A DNA stretch of 64,000 bases from Armatimonadota bacterium (GTDB lineage Bacteria; Armatimonadota; UBA5829; DTLH01), in the NCBI GenBank assembly GCA_039679675.1, contig JBDKUN010000062.1, positions 64,001 through 128,000 on the forward strand, written 5' to 3'. Positions within the stretch are counted from its first letter, which is position 1. Each line of letters starts with the position of its first letter. The position numbers and the translations under genes are program-made. The notes below the pieces were generated by a model. It had not been told where the DNA came from. It saw only the letters and a program-made list of their open reading frames with translations, and searched no databases. Below, piece after piece: positions 9,341 through 19,817 of the stretch.

Positions 9341-9405
9341 ATTCCTAAATCCTCTCTATTCCCTGTTCCCTATTTCGTGATAAAGAACCCCCGAACGGAG
9401 AAGAC

Positions 9406-10077
9406 CTAGAGTGGAGATGAGAATTTCAGACCGTAATAAGTCTCTCCGTCCAGGATGTACACTTTGGCCTGCAGCCCTGCGACAGGCCCCCAGCCTAAAG
9501 CGTAATTAAAGTCCTTTTGGAAGTATTCCGCAGAAACCTTAAGTCCAAGCGGCAAAGTTGCCTCTGCACCGCCAAAAACATTATCAATTCCGCTGACGCC
9601 GAACCCTGCATGGACTTTTACATCGCGTACAGGCAGGGGCAGTTCCTTTGTAAGCGGCACGGCTTTGCTGAATGCAAGGAAATATCCGGTCCCATCGGCG
9701 GTTTTATCAGTAAAGTCCCAGACGCCGATGCTTATGGCAGGTGTGAGGGTGGTCTCAGGCACAAGGCCGAGCTGTGCGTTCACTATGTCGAAATCATCTT
9801 TATCGAGCGAAGTATCGAAGGTGGCTATCCCCCTGCTTTTGGTGGTAGTCTCATTTTTGAAATCGAACCTGATTGCGTTTACTTCAAATTTCTGCAGGCC
9901 GAGCCCCAGCCAGTATACTTTGGAATCGTTGTTAGAAGGGCTGGTAGCTGCTTCAGCCTTGACTGCTCCCGGAGAGAGCGTAGTGCCGGTAGGCGCGAAT
10001 ATTATCCTGTCGGCAAAAACCGGTCCCGCAGCCAGAACTGCGAGGACTAATGCAATGCAAGTGACTATTCTTCTCAT
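9406..10077 (-). CDS. Putative outer-membrane beta-barrel protein (YjbH-like)
   Basis: Signal peptide, alternating beta-strand pattern, PAISIGVWD, FGGAE, aromatic C-terminal strand. Confidence 0.6.
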   Translation of the reverse strand: MRRIVTCIALVLAVLAAGPVFADRIIFAPTGTTLSPGAVKAEAATSPSNNDSKVYWLGLGLQKFEVNAIRFDFKNETTTKSRGIATFDTSLDKDDFDIVNAQLGLVPETTLTPAISIGVWDFTDKTADGTGYFLAFSKAVPLTKELPLPVRDVKVHAGFGVSGIDNVFGGAEATLPLGLKVSAEYFQKDFNYALGWGPVAGLQAKVYILDGETYYGLKFSSPL

Positions 10078-10089
10078 CTGTTTCCCCTT

Positions 10090-11271
10090 TCAAGAGCCCT
10101 GCCGGTCGATACCAGCTTCACAGATAGCTTCTACCGCGCGGTCAATGTCGTTCGGATTGCTTCGAGCGGCGGTATCGATTATGGCAACAAACTCGACGGT
10201 GTGCGGCTTGGGCGAAGGCCTTTGGCTGCTCACACGGTAACGTTTATACTGTCTGGTCAGCACCGTAAGGCTGCCTCGGCCGCCCAGCACCTTGAGCAGC
10301 TCATCAGTTGGTACAATCCCATCAGTACTATAACTTACCAAGACGTAACGAGCACGGATTCTAGCCACAAGCTCAGAAAATGACGGTAATGCCGTTGATT
10401 TATAGCAGTAAGGGCTGCGCCGGAGGGTGCGCCAGTCCAGCCGGATCGCCGATTTACGGCCTGGTACGATATGTCTGCTGACAGGCGGCTTGTCCCACAG
10501 CGCAACGGTGTTCAGCAGGTGATAGTTCGAGCCGTACTGGTGCTGGTTGTAGGGAGGGTCGATATAGGCTATATCACAGTCGACATTCTGCGCGACTTCC
10601 AGGGCATTTTCTCTTATTGCAGCGTTAGTCTGGCCATTGTCGTAGAAGACCGGAGGCGACACGGCGAGTTTGCTCCGTATACGGTAGAGAGCGGTGCTTG
10701 TCCGGCCTCCCCATCCATGGTGAAACCCCTTGAAGACACCCGATGTGTTGCTGCAGTAAGACGCCTGGTAGATAAGCGGAGCGAGGAGTACGGCCTCTTC
10801 CATCCTGTCGATAAGCCCGGACTTGCGCCATGAGCTGATTTCTTCGCGGATCGCATCGATTTTTTGACCGTTTTCCTGAGTGTAAAACATCCGCTCGCTT
10901 CTGAAGTCCGGGTTTTCATCGTCTACCGGGCAGTAATATGTCGCTATGTAGCCCCGGACCGGCGGCAACGCGTTCAGCTTTTGGAAAACGCGGTCGATCC
11001 CGCCGAACGCTCTGAATGCAGGCGGCCGGTTTGCTTCGATATACGCGAGATTGATCTTCTCGGTGTAAGGCTCCCAGTCGTTCGATATGACGCGAAAGCC
11101 CATCCGCTTGGCGAGCCTGGAAACGACGCCGCTTCCGGCGAAAAGATCGCAGAAAACGCCGTTTTTCAGCCCGGTGGCCTCCACCGCCGACCGGATCATC
11201 GGAAGGAGCTTTCTTTTATTGCCTATATACGGGATTAACTGGTGCCTGAGATATGGATCGTTTAGGAGCAT
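10090..11271 (-). CDS. DNA adenine methyltransferase (D12/Dam, FokI-like), orphan
   Basis: YIGNK, DLFAGSG SAM motif, DPPY catalytic motif. Confidence 0.9.
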   Translation of the reverse strand: MLLNDPYLRHQLIPYIGNKRKLLPMIRSAVEATGLKNGVFCDLFAGSGVVSRLAKRMGFRVISNDWEPYTEKINLAYIEANRPPAFRAFGGIDRVFQKLNALPPVRGYIATYYCPVDDENPDFRSERMFYTQENGQKIDAIREEISSWRKSGLIDRMEEAVLLAPLIYQASYCSNTSGVFKGFHHGWGGRTSTALYRIRSKLAVSPPVFYDNGQTNAAIRENALEVAQNVDCDIAYIDPPYNQHQYGSNYHLLNTVALWDKPPVSRHIVPGRKSAIRLDWRTLRRSPYCYKSTALPSFSELVARIRARYVLVSYSTDGIVPTDELLKVLGGRGSLTVLTRQYKRYRVSSQRPSPKPHTVEFVAIIDTAARSNPNDIDRAVEAICEAGIDRQGS

Positions 11272-12399
11272 CTACTTCTCGGCTGACGGAGCCCATACGG
11301 GGCTGGAGTTGCTGCCTTTGCCTTTGGTCAGGTTCGTGATCTTACCTGTCCCAACATCGGCGGAGTAGATATCACCGTTTTTGCAGTAGGTGATGACCTC
11401 TCCGGTGGAAGCCCATCCTGTGTCCGTTATGTCACCCTTGTCGACAACCTTCACCTCACGGTTCGCAATATCGAATGACATCAGTTTTACGGGGATATAG
11501 TCGTTCGCATTCCTTCTCTTGATTTCCACTGCTGCGATTTTACTGCCGTCAGCGGACCATGTGGGGCTGGTCATAGCATTACCGCTGTAGAGTATCGGAA
11601 TATTGTTGTTTTCGGCATCGACTACTAATAGAAGTCCTGTCCCTTTTGAATCGGTCATAGTCATCGCCAGTTTTGCTCCGCTGCGGTCCCATTTTTCAAA
11701 GACCTGCTCTTCGGTAATGGGGAGTGGGCCCTGGTCTGTAGCTGGACTCATCAGCTTAGGCGCGTCATCATTGCTGTTCATTAAGACGGCTTCCTGTTTG
11801 TCGTCAGCCGACCTCACTCCGGCCAGTTGCTTGCCGTCGGGTGATCTCTCTGCCCAGACATAATAGGACTTCGTACCGTTCATGCGCTCGACCGATGCTT
11901 CCTGTTGAGTAGGAAGGACCCGCCCTGGCTGGCTTCCATCCGATCCGATACGCCACAACTCGCCGCCGCACAGGAAAGCTATTTCGCTTCCGTCGTGGCT
12001 GATGCTGATCCGGGACTTAACCCCCGATATCTTCGAGATCCTGTGCAGGTGCGAGCCGTCCACATCCATTGAATAGATCTGTGAGCCGTCCTGGCCGCGT
12101 GACGACACGAACACAATCGAATAGCCATCGGGGGAGACTACCGGGTCGGAGTCCGCGAACCCATCGTTCGTGAGGGGCTTCTGTCCCGTTCCGTCCGGGT
12201 TCATTATCCATATGTCCTGGTGGCCGTTTCTGTCGGAAACGAACACTATATTGTTCGTAATTGACTTCTCCCACGGAAGCCGCCAACCGAACCACTGGGT
12301 AAGTGTGCCGGTCAGAGCGAGTATTACTACTCCAAGTAAAAGCGCGAAGAAAAGCATCCCAAAGATGCCTTTCAACTCAGCCTTTTTTAATATCCTCAA
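11272..12399 (-). CDS. TolB-like PD40 beta-propeller protein, membrane anchored
   Basis: N-terminal TM; repeats FVSDRNG..IWIMNPDG, PVVSPDG, PTWSADG. Confidence 0.8.
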   Translation of the reverse strand: MRILKKAELKGIFGMLFFALLLGVVILALTGTLTQWFGWRLPWEKSITNNIVFVSDRNGHQDIWIMNPDGTGQKPLTNDGFADSDPVVSPDGYSIVFVSSRGQDGSQIYSMDVDGSHLHRISKISGVKSRISISHDGSEIAFLCGGELWRIGSDGSQPGRVLPTQQEASVERMNGTKSYYVWAERSPDGKQLAGVRSADDKQEAVLMNSNDDAPKLMSPATDQGPLPITEEQVFEKWDRSGAKLAMTMTDSKGTGLLLVVDAENNNIPILYSGNAMTSPTWSADGSKIAAVEIKRRNANDYIPVKLMSFDIANREVKVVDKGDITDTGWASTGEVITYCKNGDIYSADVGTGKITNLTKGKGSNSSPVWAPSAEK

Positions 12400-12591
12400 G
12401 TTGCTATGCCTCCTGTAAACCTATTATACATACGCAATTTCTGCGAAAAAATGCTGTTTATTACCGCAGTGCTATTACAAACTCTTCTATCTTGGGTAAA
12501 CTTACACATCCGTGGGAGAAAATCCTTTCGGACCCGGCCTTGAAGCTCACAGTCAGCTTATGTTAAAATACAATCAGAACTGGAGAAGAGG

Positions 12592-13569
12592 ATGATCATT
12601 ACCCAGACTCCTTTACGCATCAGTTTCGCCGGTGGAGGCACTGACTTCGCCGACTTTTATGCAAGAGAAGAAGGATGCGTTGTTTCATCCGCAATTGATA
12701 AATATATCTACGTCATCGTAAAGGAACGGTTCGATGACAATATCCGCGTAGGTTACTCCCGAACAGAAATGGTCAGCAATGTCACAGAAATCGAACATGA
12801 GCTGGTTCGAGAGAGTCTGCGGAAAGTAGGTATAAAGAGCGGGATCGAGATTTCCACAATGGCCGATGTTCCTTCGGAGGGTTCCGGCCTGGGGTCATCG
12901 AGCACTGTCACGGTCGGTCTTCTGAATGCGCTCTATGCGTTTAGGGGAGAGATCAAACCGGCTGAGATCCTGGCAAGAGAAGCATGTGAGATCGAGATCA
13001 GCGCACTCGGCAAGCCGATTGGGAAGCAGGACCAGTATATTGCGGCTTACGGCGGTATACGCTGCATCAAGTTTATAAGAGACGGCAGTGTAACTGTCCA
13101 ACCGCTCGAGATGGACGGCTTTCGACGAAGACAACTCGATGAAAGCCTGATGCTGTTTTATACAGGCATCACTCGGAAGTCGAGCGGCGTGCTTTCTGAG
13201 CAGAAAGATAATATAGCGGACAAAATGTCCGTGCTGAGGAAAATGCGCGATCAGGCATATACCGTTCGCGATTGCCTTACCGGTTCAAGAGTTAACCGGC
13301 TGGGCAATATCCTGAGCGCCGGCTGGGGTTTTAAGAAATCTCTGGCATCGAACATTAGTAATAGTTATATAGACGAGCTTTACGAAAAGGCCTTGAAGGC
13401 CGGCGCAGCCGGCGGAAAGGTAGCTGGAGCTGGCGGCGGCGGTTTTTTACTGCTTTATTGCCAGCCGGCTTATCAGAACAGGGTCCGCAAGGCGCTTGCA
13501 AACCTCAAAGAGCTTCCGTTTCGACTTGAGCGGGATGGAAGCAAGGTCATCTTTAATGTCCGTCGATAA
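12592..13569 (+). CDS. hddA: D-glycero-alpha-D-manno-heptose-7-phosphate kinase (GHMP family)
   Basis: [34 protein letters not shown]; adjacent to gmhA and gmhB. Confidence 0.85.
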   Translation: MIITQTPLRISFAGGGTDFADFYAREEGCVVSSAIDKYIYVIVKERFDDNIRVGYSRTEMVSNVTEIEHELVRESLRKVGIKSGIEISTMADVPSEGSGLGSSSTVTVGLLNALYAFRGEIKPAEILAREACEIEISALGKPIGKQDQYIAAYGGIRCIKFIRDGSVTVQPLEMDGFRRRQLDESLMLFYTGITRKSSGVLSEQKDNIADKMSVLRKMRDQAYTVRDCLTGSRVNRLGNILSAGWGFKKSLASNISNSYIDELYEKALKAGAAGGKVAGAGGGGFLLLYCQPAYQNRVRKALANLKELPFRLERDGSKVIFNVRR

Positions 13570-13616
13570 TGGGCATTACTAAATGATTGGTGGTTACACA
13601 AATGGAGGTATGCAGG

Positions 13617-14207
13617 ATGCATATAGTTGCTGCGGACCGTTCTAACCTTATCAGCAGTTATTTAGATGATGTAGCGAGAATCATTTCCGAGCTTCCGCCG
13701 GAGACAATTGGTGATCTGGTTCAGACTATCAAGCGAGCTTACGAAGATGGAAGACAGGTTATGATCTGCGGGAACGGCGGGAGTGCCGCTACTGCGTCTC
13801 ACCTGGCCTGCGATCTACAAAAAGGGATTGGTTGTCTCGGTGACCAAAAATTCCGTGTTTTATCGCTAAATGATGGTGTTGCTACTATAACGGCCTGGGC
13901 CAATGATACCGATTATTCAAATATATTTGCGGAGCAGGTCGCGACGTGGGCAAATCCGGGTGACGTATTGATCGTCATAAGCGGAAGCGGTAATTCTCCC
14001 AACATTCTCCGCGCTGTGGAAGTCGCTAAGTCCGGGGGAGTTACGACAATCGGTCTAACCGGCATCGGCGGCGGGCGGCTCGCTGAAATAGCCGATAAAC
14101 CGGTCGTAGTACCGAGTAACAGTATGCAGCAGGTCGAAGACGTCCACGTAGTACTTTCGCACTTGATTTTTACATGTCTTTACCAGGAAATAACCGGACA
14201 CGAGTAG
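13617..14207 (+). CDS. gmhA: Phosphoheptose isomerase (SIS domain)
   Basis: CGNGGSAATASH, ISGSGNSPN, QQVEDVH; SD GGAGG supports a start at 13617 (ORF track 13587). Confidence 0.88.
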   Translation: MHIVAADRSNLISSYLDDVARIISELPPETIGDLVQTIKRAYEDGRQVMICGNGGSAATASHLACDLQKGIGCLGDQKFRVLSLNDGVATITAWANDTDYSNIFAEQVATWANPGDVLIVISGSGNSPNILRAVEVAKSGGVTTIGLTGIGGGRLAEIADKPVVVPSNSMQQVEDVHVVLSHLIFTCLYQEITGHE

Positions 14208-14740
14208 TCTTCCTTGACCGTGATGGAGTCATCAATGAGAACAGGGACGACTATGTCAAAAATACAGATGAGTTTTGTTTTTTGCCGGGGTCGCTCGATG
14301 CGCTGAGACGATTACACGCGGCAGGGTTCAAGGCCGTTGTGATTTCGAACCAGGCCTGCATCGGTAAGGGCTTGTTGACCAAAGAAGCTCTTGCGAGTAT
14401 AGACCGGTTGATGTTTTCCCAGGTCAGGAAAGCGGGTGGGGAAATCGCCGCTACGTATTACTGTTACCACAGGCCGGAAGATAAATGCGACTGTAGAAAG
14501 CCAGCTCCGGGACTGATTTTGCGGGCTGGTCGCGATATGAAGATAGACATCGAAGATACTGTCTTTATCGGAGATAATGCCAAGGATGTGCAGGCGGGCC
14601 AGGCCGCCGGGTGCAGGACTGTTCTGGTGCTCTCCGGTATGGTTTCGGCCAGTGTTGCCAGTGCGATTGATCCGGCTCCTGATCTTGTCGCCGCCGATCT
14701 TTCTGAAGCGGTGGATCGCATTATAGCAGGGGAAGTATAG
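14174..14740 (+). CDS. gmhB: Heptose 1,7-bisphosphate phosphatase (HAD)
   Basis: FLDRDGVIN, CYH...CDCRKP, IGD. Confidence 0.9.
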   Translation: MSLPGNNRTRVVFLDRDGVINENRDDYVKNTDEFCFLPGSLDALRRLHAAGFKAVVISNQACIGKGLLTKEALASIDRLMFSQVRKAGGEIAATYYCYHRPEDKCDCRKPAPGLILRAGRDMKIDIEDTVFIGDNAKDVQAGQAAGCRTVLVLSGMVSASVASAIDPAPDLVAADLSEAVDRIIAGEV

Positions 14741-14751
14741 GCAGGGGGAAA

Positions 14752-15402
14752 GTGAAAGTGTCGCTCGAAAGTATGAGTGTGCCTGCAGCGGATGTCCGCT
14801 CAGGTTACCTTTTCGTTAAGCGCGTCATCGATGTCATCGGCGCGCTGGTCCTGCTGCTCCTTCTTTCGCCTGTTTTTCTGATCATAGTCATATGCATAAA
14901 GCTGGATTCCAAGGGCACGATTATTTTCCGGCAGAAGCGGCTCGGTCTGGGTGGTAGAGCATTCGTCTTTTACAAGTTCAGGTCCATGTGCGTTGATGCC
15001 GAGAAGTCGAAGACCAAAATACTTCACTTGAACGAAGTCTCCGGGCCTATATTCAAGATCCGAAACGATCCAAGAATTACCCGTGTCGGCAAATTTATGC
15101 GGCGCTACAGTCTGGATGAGCTTCCGCAGCTCTTCAATGTCCTAAAAGGCGATATGTCTTTCGTAGGTCCGCGTCCTCCGCTTCCTGATGAAGTCGAGCA
15201 GTATGAAGAATGGCAGCTCAGGCGGCTTTCCGTAATTCCCGGCATCACATGCCTGTGGCAGATAAGCGGCAGGAGCAAACTGAGCTTCGATGAGTGGGTA
15301 AAACTCGATCTGCAATACATCGACTCGCGTTCTATCTGGTTGGACATCATAATACTTCTCAAAACTATTCCTGCTGTAATATCTGCTGACGGAGCTTACT
15401 AA
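14752..15402 (+). CDS. Priming glycosyl-phosphate transferase (bacterial sugar transferase)
   Basis: KRVIDV, YKFRSM, DPRITRVG, DELPQLFNVLKGDMSFVGPRP. Confidence 0.92.
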   Translation: MKVSLESMSVPAADVRSGYLFVKRVIDVIGALVLLLLLSPVFLIIVICIKLDSKGTIIFRQKRLGLGGRAFVFYKFRSMCVDAEKSKTKILHLNEVSGPIFKIRNDPRITRVGKFMRRYSLDELPQLFNVLKGDMSFVGPRPPLPDEVEQYEEWQLRRLSVIPGITCLWQISGRSKLSFDEWVKLDLQYIDSRSIWLDIIILLKTIPAVISADGAY

Positions 15403-16887
15403 ATGACCCTTTGCAGTGTAAGGCCAAGCAGGTTAAGCCTGCTCATTACTGTCGTGCTTGTTTTCTGCGGAATCTCATGCTTTGCCCAACCGACTGCCTC
15501 GACGGACCGCGTTCCCACTGAAAACTGGACATACAATGCTTTGATGCACCTCGCCGCAGGCGGACTCATTCCATCCGTTCCGGCCGAGCGGTTTATGGGC
15601 AACTGGCTCTACACCCGCGAGGATATGGCTGCCTTCACTCTGAGCGCGCTTAATGCTGCCGACGGGAAAGCTGCCGAAGCTGACAGAGCGCTTCTCTCCC
15701 GGCTTGCCGCCGAGTTTTCAGCAGAGATACGGCTGATTGGTGGAGAGGAGGCGCTTTCAAAGCTCCAACCGTATGCCGAAAGCCATGCAATTATCCCAAC
15801 CGGCTCTTTCGAACCGAGATTCGAATATTCGGACGGAGACAGCCACCTTACCGGCATTTACGACGGGACACTGATCGTAACAAGCGGCAAGTATGTTACG
15901 TGTGTCGCGACTCTTTCAAACCGGCGGGAAAAGCTCGATGGAGATCAGTTTTCAGACCTCGAAAAGTTCTTTATCAGAGGCAAGACACCGAACTGGGAAT
16001 GGGAAATAGGCAGGGACTACCAGTGGTGGGGACCGGGTTACAGCGGCTCGATGATCCTTTCCGACAACAGCCCGGCTTTCATGTATTTTCTGACAGCGAA
16101 AGATGTAGATTTCGGCCGCCGGATCGGCAATGTAAAGATAACACAGTTTATAGCTCCGTTCGAGGACAGAGGGATAAACTTCTATCTGCTCGCCAGGCGG
16201 TGGGAAAAGCGGTTTTCCAGACAGTTCCATTTCGCGATAAATGAGACCGCAAAGACAAGCAAGACCCCGAACCCGCTGGTCCTCGTTCTTCCGTCGCTGT
16301 ACCTCTACCAGCACATATTTGTCGATGATGTTGACGCAGAGTGGAACTCATTTCTATCCATCGATTCGCTTTACAAGTTCTCTCCCAGGTTCGAGGGATA
16401 CTTCGATTTTCTTGTGGATGACATGAACGCCCCTGCGGTACTACGTAACGGCAACTGGCATCGTCCGCGAAAGCTCGGTTTCCTCGTCGGGTCATATTGG
16501 CCGGATTTGCTGGGTGATGGCAGCACGGGACTCCGCGCTGAGTATATCTTTACAGATGAGGGGACCTATGGCGCAACCAGGCCCGAGTACTTTGAGCATG
16601 AATACACTCACAGCGGGCTTGTTATCGGGCATCCCGTAGGGCGAAACAGCAAGGCTTTATTCCTGAGGCTGGATCGGAAGTTTGCCGAAAGCTGGACTGG
16701 CGTGGCTGAGTATCTGGGCCGCACCCCGCGAGATAAGGAAGGCGTCAACTCAGATAATACCAGCAGCCTGGGCCTGCTCCTGGTCCACGATCTTAACGCC
16801 AGAAGCAGCATCAGCGCCGGTTATGAGTCACTTCGCCTGCCGGATAAAGAAAGCCAGCTTAACCTGAGCGCATCGGTCGCTTTTTAG
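15403..16887 (+). CDS. Capsule assembly Wzi-family outer membrane protein
   Basis: Signal peptide, GRDYQWWGPGYSGSMILSDN motif, terminal Phe. Confidence 0.75.
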   Translation: MTLCSVRPSRLSLLITVVLVFCGISCFAQPTASTDRVPTENWTYNALMHLAAGGLIPSVPAERFMGNWLYTREDMAAFTLSALNAADGKAAEADRALLSRLAAEFSAEIRLIGGEEALSKLQPYAESHAIIPTGSFEPRFEYSDGDSHLTGIYDGTLIVTSGKYVTCVATLSNRREKLDGDQFSDLEKFFIRGKTPNWEWEIGRDYQWWGPGYSGSMILSDNSPAFMYFLTAKDVDFGRRIGNVKITQFIAPFEDRGINFYLLARRWEKRFSRQFHFAINETAKTSKTPNPLVLVLPSLYLYQHIFVDDVDAEWNSFLSIDSLYKFSPRFEGYFDFLVDDMNAPAVLRNGNWHRPRKLGFLVGSYWPDLLGDGSTGLRAEYIFTDEGTYGATRPEYFEHEYTHSGLVIGHPVGRNSKALFLRLDRKFAESWTGVAEYLGRTPRDKEGVNSDNTSSLGLLLVHDLNARSSISAGYESLRLPDKESQLNLSASVAF

Positions 16888-16925
16888 CGGTTGCTGGCGT
16901 GTGGTAATTCTCCCCATGTAATTCA

Positions 16926-17089
16926 TTTGCTTCGGACTGCTTGCTCTCGCATCATCTAAAGTTTCAGTTAATTGCACTGAAACTCTCCAAAGGATTTTCG
17001 GCTATGGCCGAAAATCCATAGATGATGCTGCCGCGACAGCGCTTTCTTCGAAAGCGCGATAGCTGCCGAAGCGTCCGCCTACGGCGGAC
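16926..17089. repeat. Mosaic nested palindromic repeat island B
   Basis: Near-identical to 47309..47411 but with two extra hairpins inside the GCATCATC/GATGATGC loop. Confidence 0.9.
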
Positions 17090-17097
17090 AGAATTTG

Positions 17098-17159
17098 TAT
17101 CCTGCGGGAACGGAAGGTATGTATTTATCTGTTAACCCCGTTTTAGTTCCCGCAGGATA
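17098..17159. terminator. 14-bp inverted repeat downstream of pgi
   Basis: TATCCTGCGGGAAC ... GTTCCCGCAGGATA with a 34-nt loop. Confidence 0.45.
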
Positions 17160-17179
17160 AAGTAAAACAGGCGCAGCCG

Positions 17180-18508
17180 TTAACCGATCTGCAGCCGCTT
17201 TTTGATCTCCTCCGTCTGCTTCTCAAACCCCGGTTTGCCGAGAAGTGCGAACATGTGGCCTTTGTAGGCTTCGACACCTGGCTGGTTGAACGGGTTTACC
17301 CGCAGCAGATAACCGCTTATGGCGCAGGCCTTCTCGAAGAAGTAAAGCATTGCTCCAAGAGTTTCCTCATCAAGCTTAGGAAGCACGATTGACGAGTTCG
17401 GGACTCCGCCTTCGCGGTGTGCGAGTGCCGTCGCGCGGTAAGCTTCTTGGTTGACTTCGTGAACCTGCTTTCCGGCGAGGTAGTTCAGCCCGTCGGCATC
17501 ATTCAGCTCGTTCGGGATGATGAGATCGGGCTCGCCGCCTTCTATGTCGATGAACGTCTCGAAGATACTGCGCCGTCCTTCCTGTATCCACTGGCCCATC
17601 GAGTGCAGGTCCGTTGTGAAGTCCACTGATGCAGGGAATATCCCGATATTTTCCTTGCCTTCGCTCTCACCGAAGAGTTGTTTCCACCATTCGGTTATGT
17701 AATGCAGTCTGGGCTCGAAAGATGCCAGAATTTCTATACCTTTTCCCTTGTTGTAGAGCAGGTTTCTGAGGACTGCATAATAATATGCCGGGTTTGCCTT
17801 GAGATCGGCTGTTTTCAGCTCCTCAGCGCATTTCGCGGCTGATTCTAGGAGTGCTTTGATGTCTATCCCTGCGTATGCAATCGGCAAAAGCCCGACAGCG
17901 GAAAGCACGGAATAGCGGCCGCCTACGTCATCCGGGACTACGAAGGTCTCATAGCCCTGCTCGACCGCAAGGTTTCTGAGGGCACCTTTCTTCGCGTCGG
18001 TGGTCGCTGCGATCAGCTTCGCGGCCTTCTCTTTCCCGGCTTTTTCTTCGAGATAGTTTCGTAGAAGCCTGAAAGCTATTGCCGGTTCAGTTGTCGTTCC
18101 CGACTTGGATATGATGTTGATTGCAATCCGCTTGCCTTCCAGCTTGCTGAGCAGTTCCTTGTGGTAATGGGCTGATATATTCTGGCCTGCGAAGATAATT
18201 CTATCTTTGTCCGGGCCGCCTATAGCTTCTATCACCGCCCTCGCGCCTAAGTATGACCCGCCGATGCCGATGACCACCAGCACATCAGACCCAGCTCTAA
18301 GCCGTGCAGCAACCTGCGAGATTCTATCGACCTCTGCAGCGGGCATCATTATCTTGGGTTCCACCCATCCAAGGAAGTCCGAACCCGCGCCGGACCTGGT
18401 GTGAAGCATTTCATGACAGAAATCCACATGAGCCTGCCAGGAGTAGACTTCCTCAGGAGTCACCTCCTGGGCAAGGTAAGAAGTATCGAGTTTAATAGGA
18501 ATAGACAT
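17180..18508 (-). CDS. pgi: Glucose-6-phosphate isomerase
   Basis: [46 protein letters not shown]. Confidence 0.97.
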   Translation of the reverse strand: MSIPIKLDTSYLAQEVTPEEVYSWQAHVDFCHEMLHTRSGAGSDFLGWVEPKIMMPAAEVDRISQVAARLRAGSDVLVVIGIGGSYLGARAVIEAIGGPDKDRIIFAGQNISAHYHKELLSKLEGKRIAINIISKSGTTTEPAIAFRLLRNYLEEKAGKEKAAKLIAATTDAKKGALRNLAVEQGYETFVVPDDVGGRYSVLSAVGLLPIAYAGIDIKALLESAAKCAEELKTADLKANPAYYYAVLRNLLYNKGKGIEILASFEPRLHYITEWWKQLFGESEGKENIGIFPASVDFTTDLHSMGQWIQEGRRSIFETFIDIEGGEPDLIIPNELNDADGLNYLAGKQVHEVNQEAYRATALAHREGGVPNSSIVLPKLDEETLGAMLYFFEKACAISGYLLRVNPFNQPGVEAYKGHMFALLGKPGFEKQTEEIKKRLQIG

Positions 18509-18687
18509 AATGACCTCCGATCTTCCATAAAATATCCCTCCAAGTTTAGCCTAAGAAGGGGGCAAAGGACAAGCCAAAATATGTCTGTCTGCAATCCTCA
18601 TAATTATGCTACAATTCAGACATCGTTGTTCGGGGGTTGAGCAGCCCGATGCAGCAAATCATAATGTTTATTAAAGTGGAGGAATGT

Positions 18688-19233
18688 ATGAACAGGAACG
18701 GAAAGGCAGTAACAGGTATTATTCTAGCTGTAGTAATTATAGCTGCTGCAGCAGTGGCGGGTTTTATATATTACAATAAAACGAAACCAAAACCCTGGAC
18801 TTGTCCTGAAGGGCGGTTCTCGGTAGCTTTTTCGGGCGACCATCGTATTACGACAATGTTCAATAATAAAATTTATAATGCAATGATACCTGTCTACTGC
18901 ATTACTCAAACGAATGATGACGGATATTGCTATAAAGCCAAATATTGGGATTTTCCGGCACAGTGGCTGCAAACAGCCGGCAATGAGAACCTCATGAAGA
19001 CCATGACACAGGTTGTTCTGATGGAAGACCAGGGCTCGGTCACATCCACAACGGATGCTGTCTATTCAGGATATCCATGTAAGGAATTGGTAATACAATG
19101 CGGAACGAACGAATGTGCCTGGGTAAGGATGTTTCTTGTTAATGGCCGTTCTTATGCCGTGATTGTTACGGGATCTGGTAGTGAGCTTAGCTCTGATGGC
19201 CGCAAATTCCTCGACTCATTCAAAATCAACTGA
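18688..19233 (+). CDS. Membrane-anchored hypothetical protein
   Basis: SD GGAGG before ATG 18688, N-terminal TM, C-terminal KFLDSFKI. Confidence 0.7.
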   Translation: MNRNGKAVTGIILAVVIIAAAAVAGFIYYNKTKPKPWTCPEGRFSVAFSGDHRITTMFNNKIYNAMIPVYCITQTNDDGYCYKAKYWDFPAQWLQTAGNENLMKTMTQVVLMEDQGSVTSTTDAVYSGYPCKELVIQCGTNECAWVRMFLVNGRSYAVIVTGSGSELSSDGRKFLDSFKIN

Positions 19234-19319
19234 TAGGGAATATCCAAATGTAGTACAATGAAGGGCATTTCCGCAGTTTATCTGCTGCGAGAAGACTTTT
19301 TGCAATGAGGAGGCATTCC

Positions 19320-19790
19320 ATGAAAGTAGTTATCGAACGGGCGCTAGAAAAAGACGCAGACGAGTTAATGGAAGCCCAAAACGCGGCTTTTAAGAGAGAT
19401 TTTCTTAATTACGGAGAGTGCCCTTCATACATCACTGAGCGCGGGACGATGGTCGAGAAGATCAGGAAGGCGATATTTTATAAAATCTCGCTCGCAGACG
19501 GCAAAATCGTCGGAGGGATAGAGATATATCCCAGAAACGGCTTCCATTACCACCTCTATATGATCTGCGTCCACCCGGATTACCAGAACAAGGGAATCGG
19601 GAGAGACGCAATCGAGTTCATGCTATCCAAACACCCGGAAGCAATAATCTGGTCGCTTGCCACACCTAAAGATAATCCGCAAACCCGGCATTTGTATGAA
19701 AAAGTGGGTTTCGTTAAATCAGCAGAGATCGCATCGCCGGGAGGCGTCGCACTCGTAATATACGAACTGCTAAACAAAAACGCCCGCTGA
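19320..19790 (+). CDS. GNAT-family N-acetyltransferase
   Basis: VHPDYQNKGIG acetyl-CoA motif, LYEKVGF; SD GAGGAGG. Confidence 0.9.
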   Translation: MKVVIERALEKDADELMEAQNAAFKRDFLNYGECPSYITERGTMVEKIRKAIFYKISLADGKIVGGIEIYPRNGFHYHLYMICVHPDYQNKGIGRDAIEFMLSKHPEAIIWSLATPKDNPQTRHLYEKVGFVKSAEIASPGGVALVIYELLNKNAR

Positions 19791-19817
19791 ACCCGTGCGG
19801 AATAATGATAAATCTAT

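Noticed and set aside
9064..9409. ORFs over repeat islands (also 43791..44117 and 50742..51107)
   Set aside because: They translate palindromic non-coding repeats in several frames, with no protein motifs
10090..11271. Methyltransferase as part of a restriction-modification defence island
   Set aside because: Neighbours are envelope proteins; no nuclease or other defence genes adjacent
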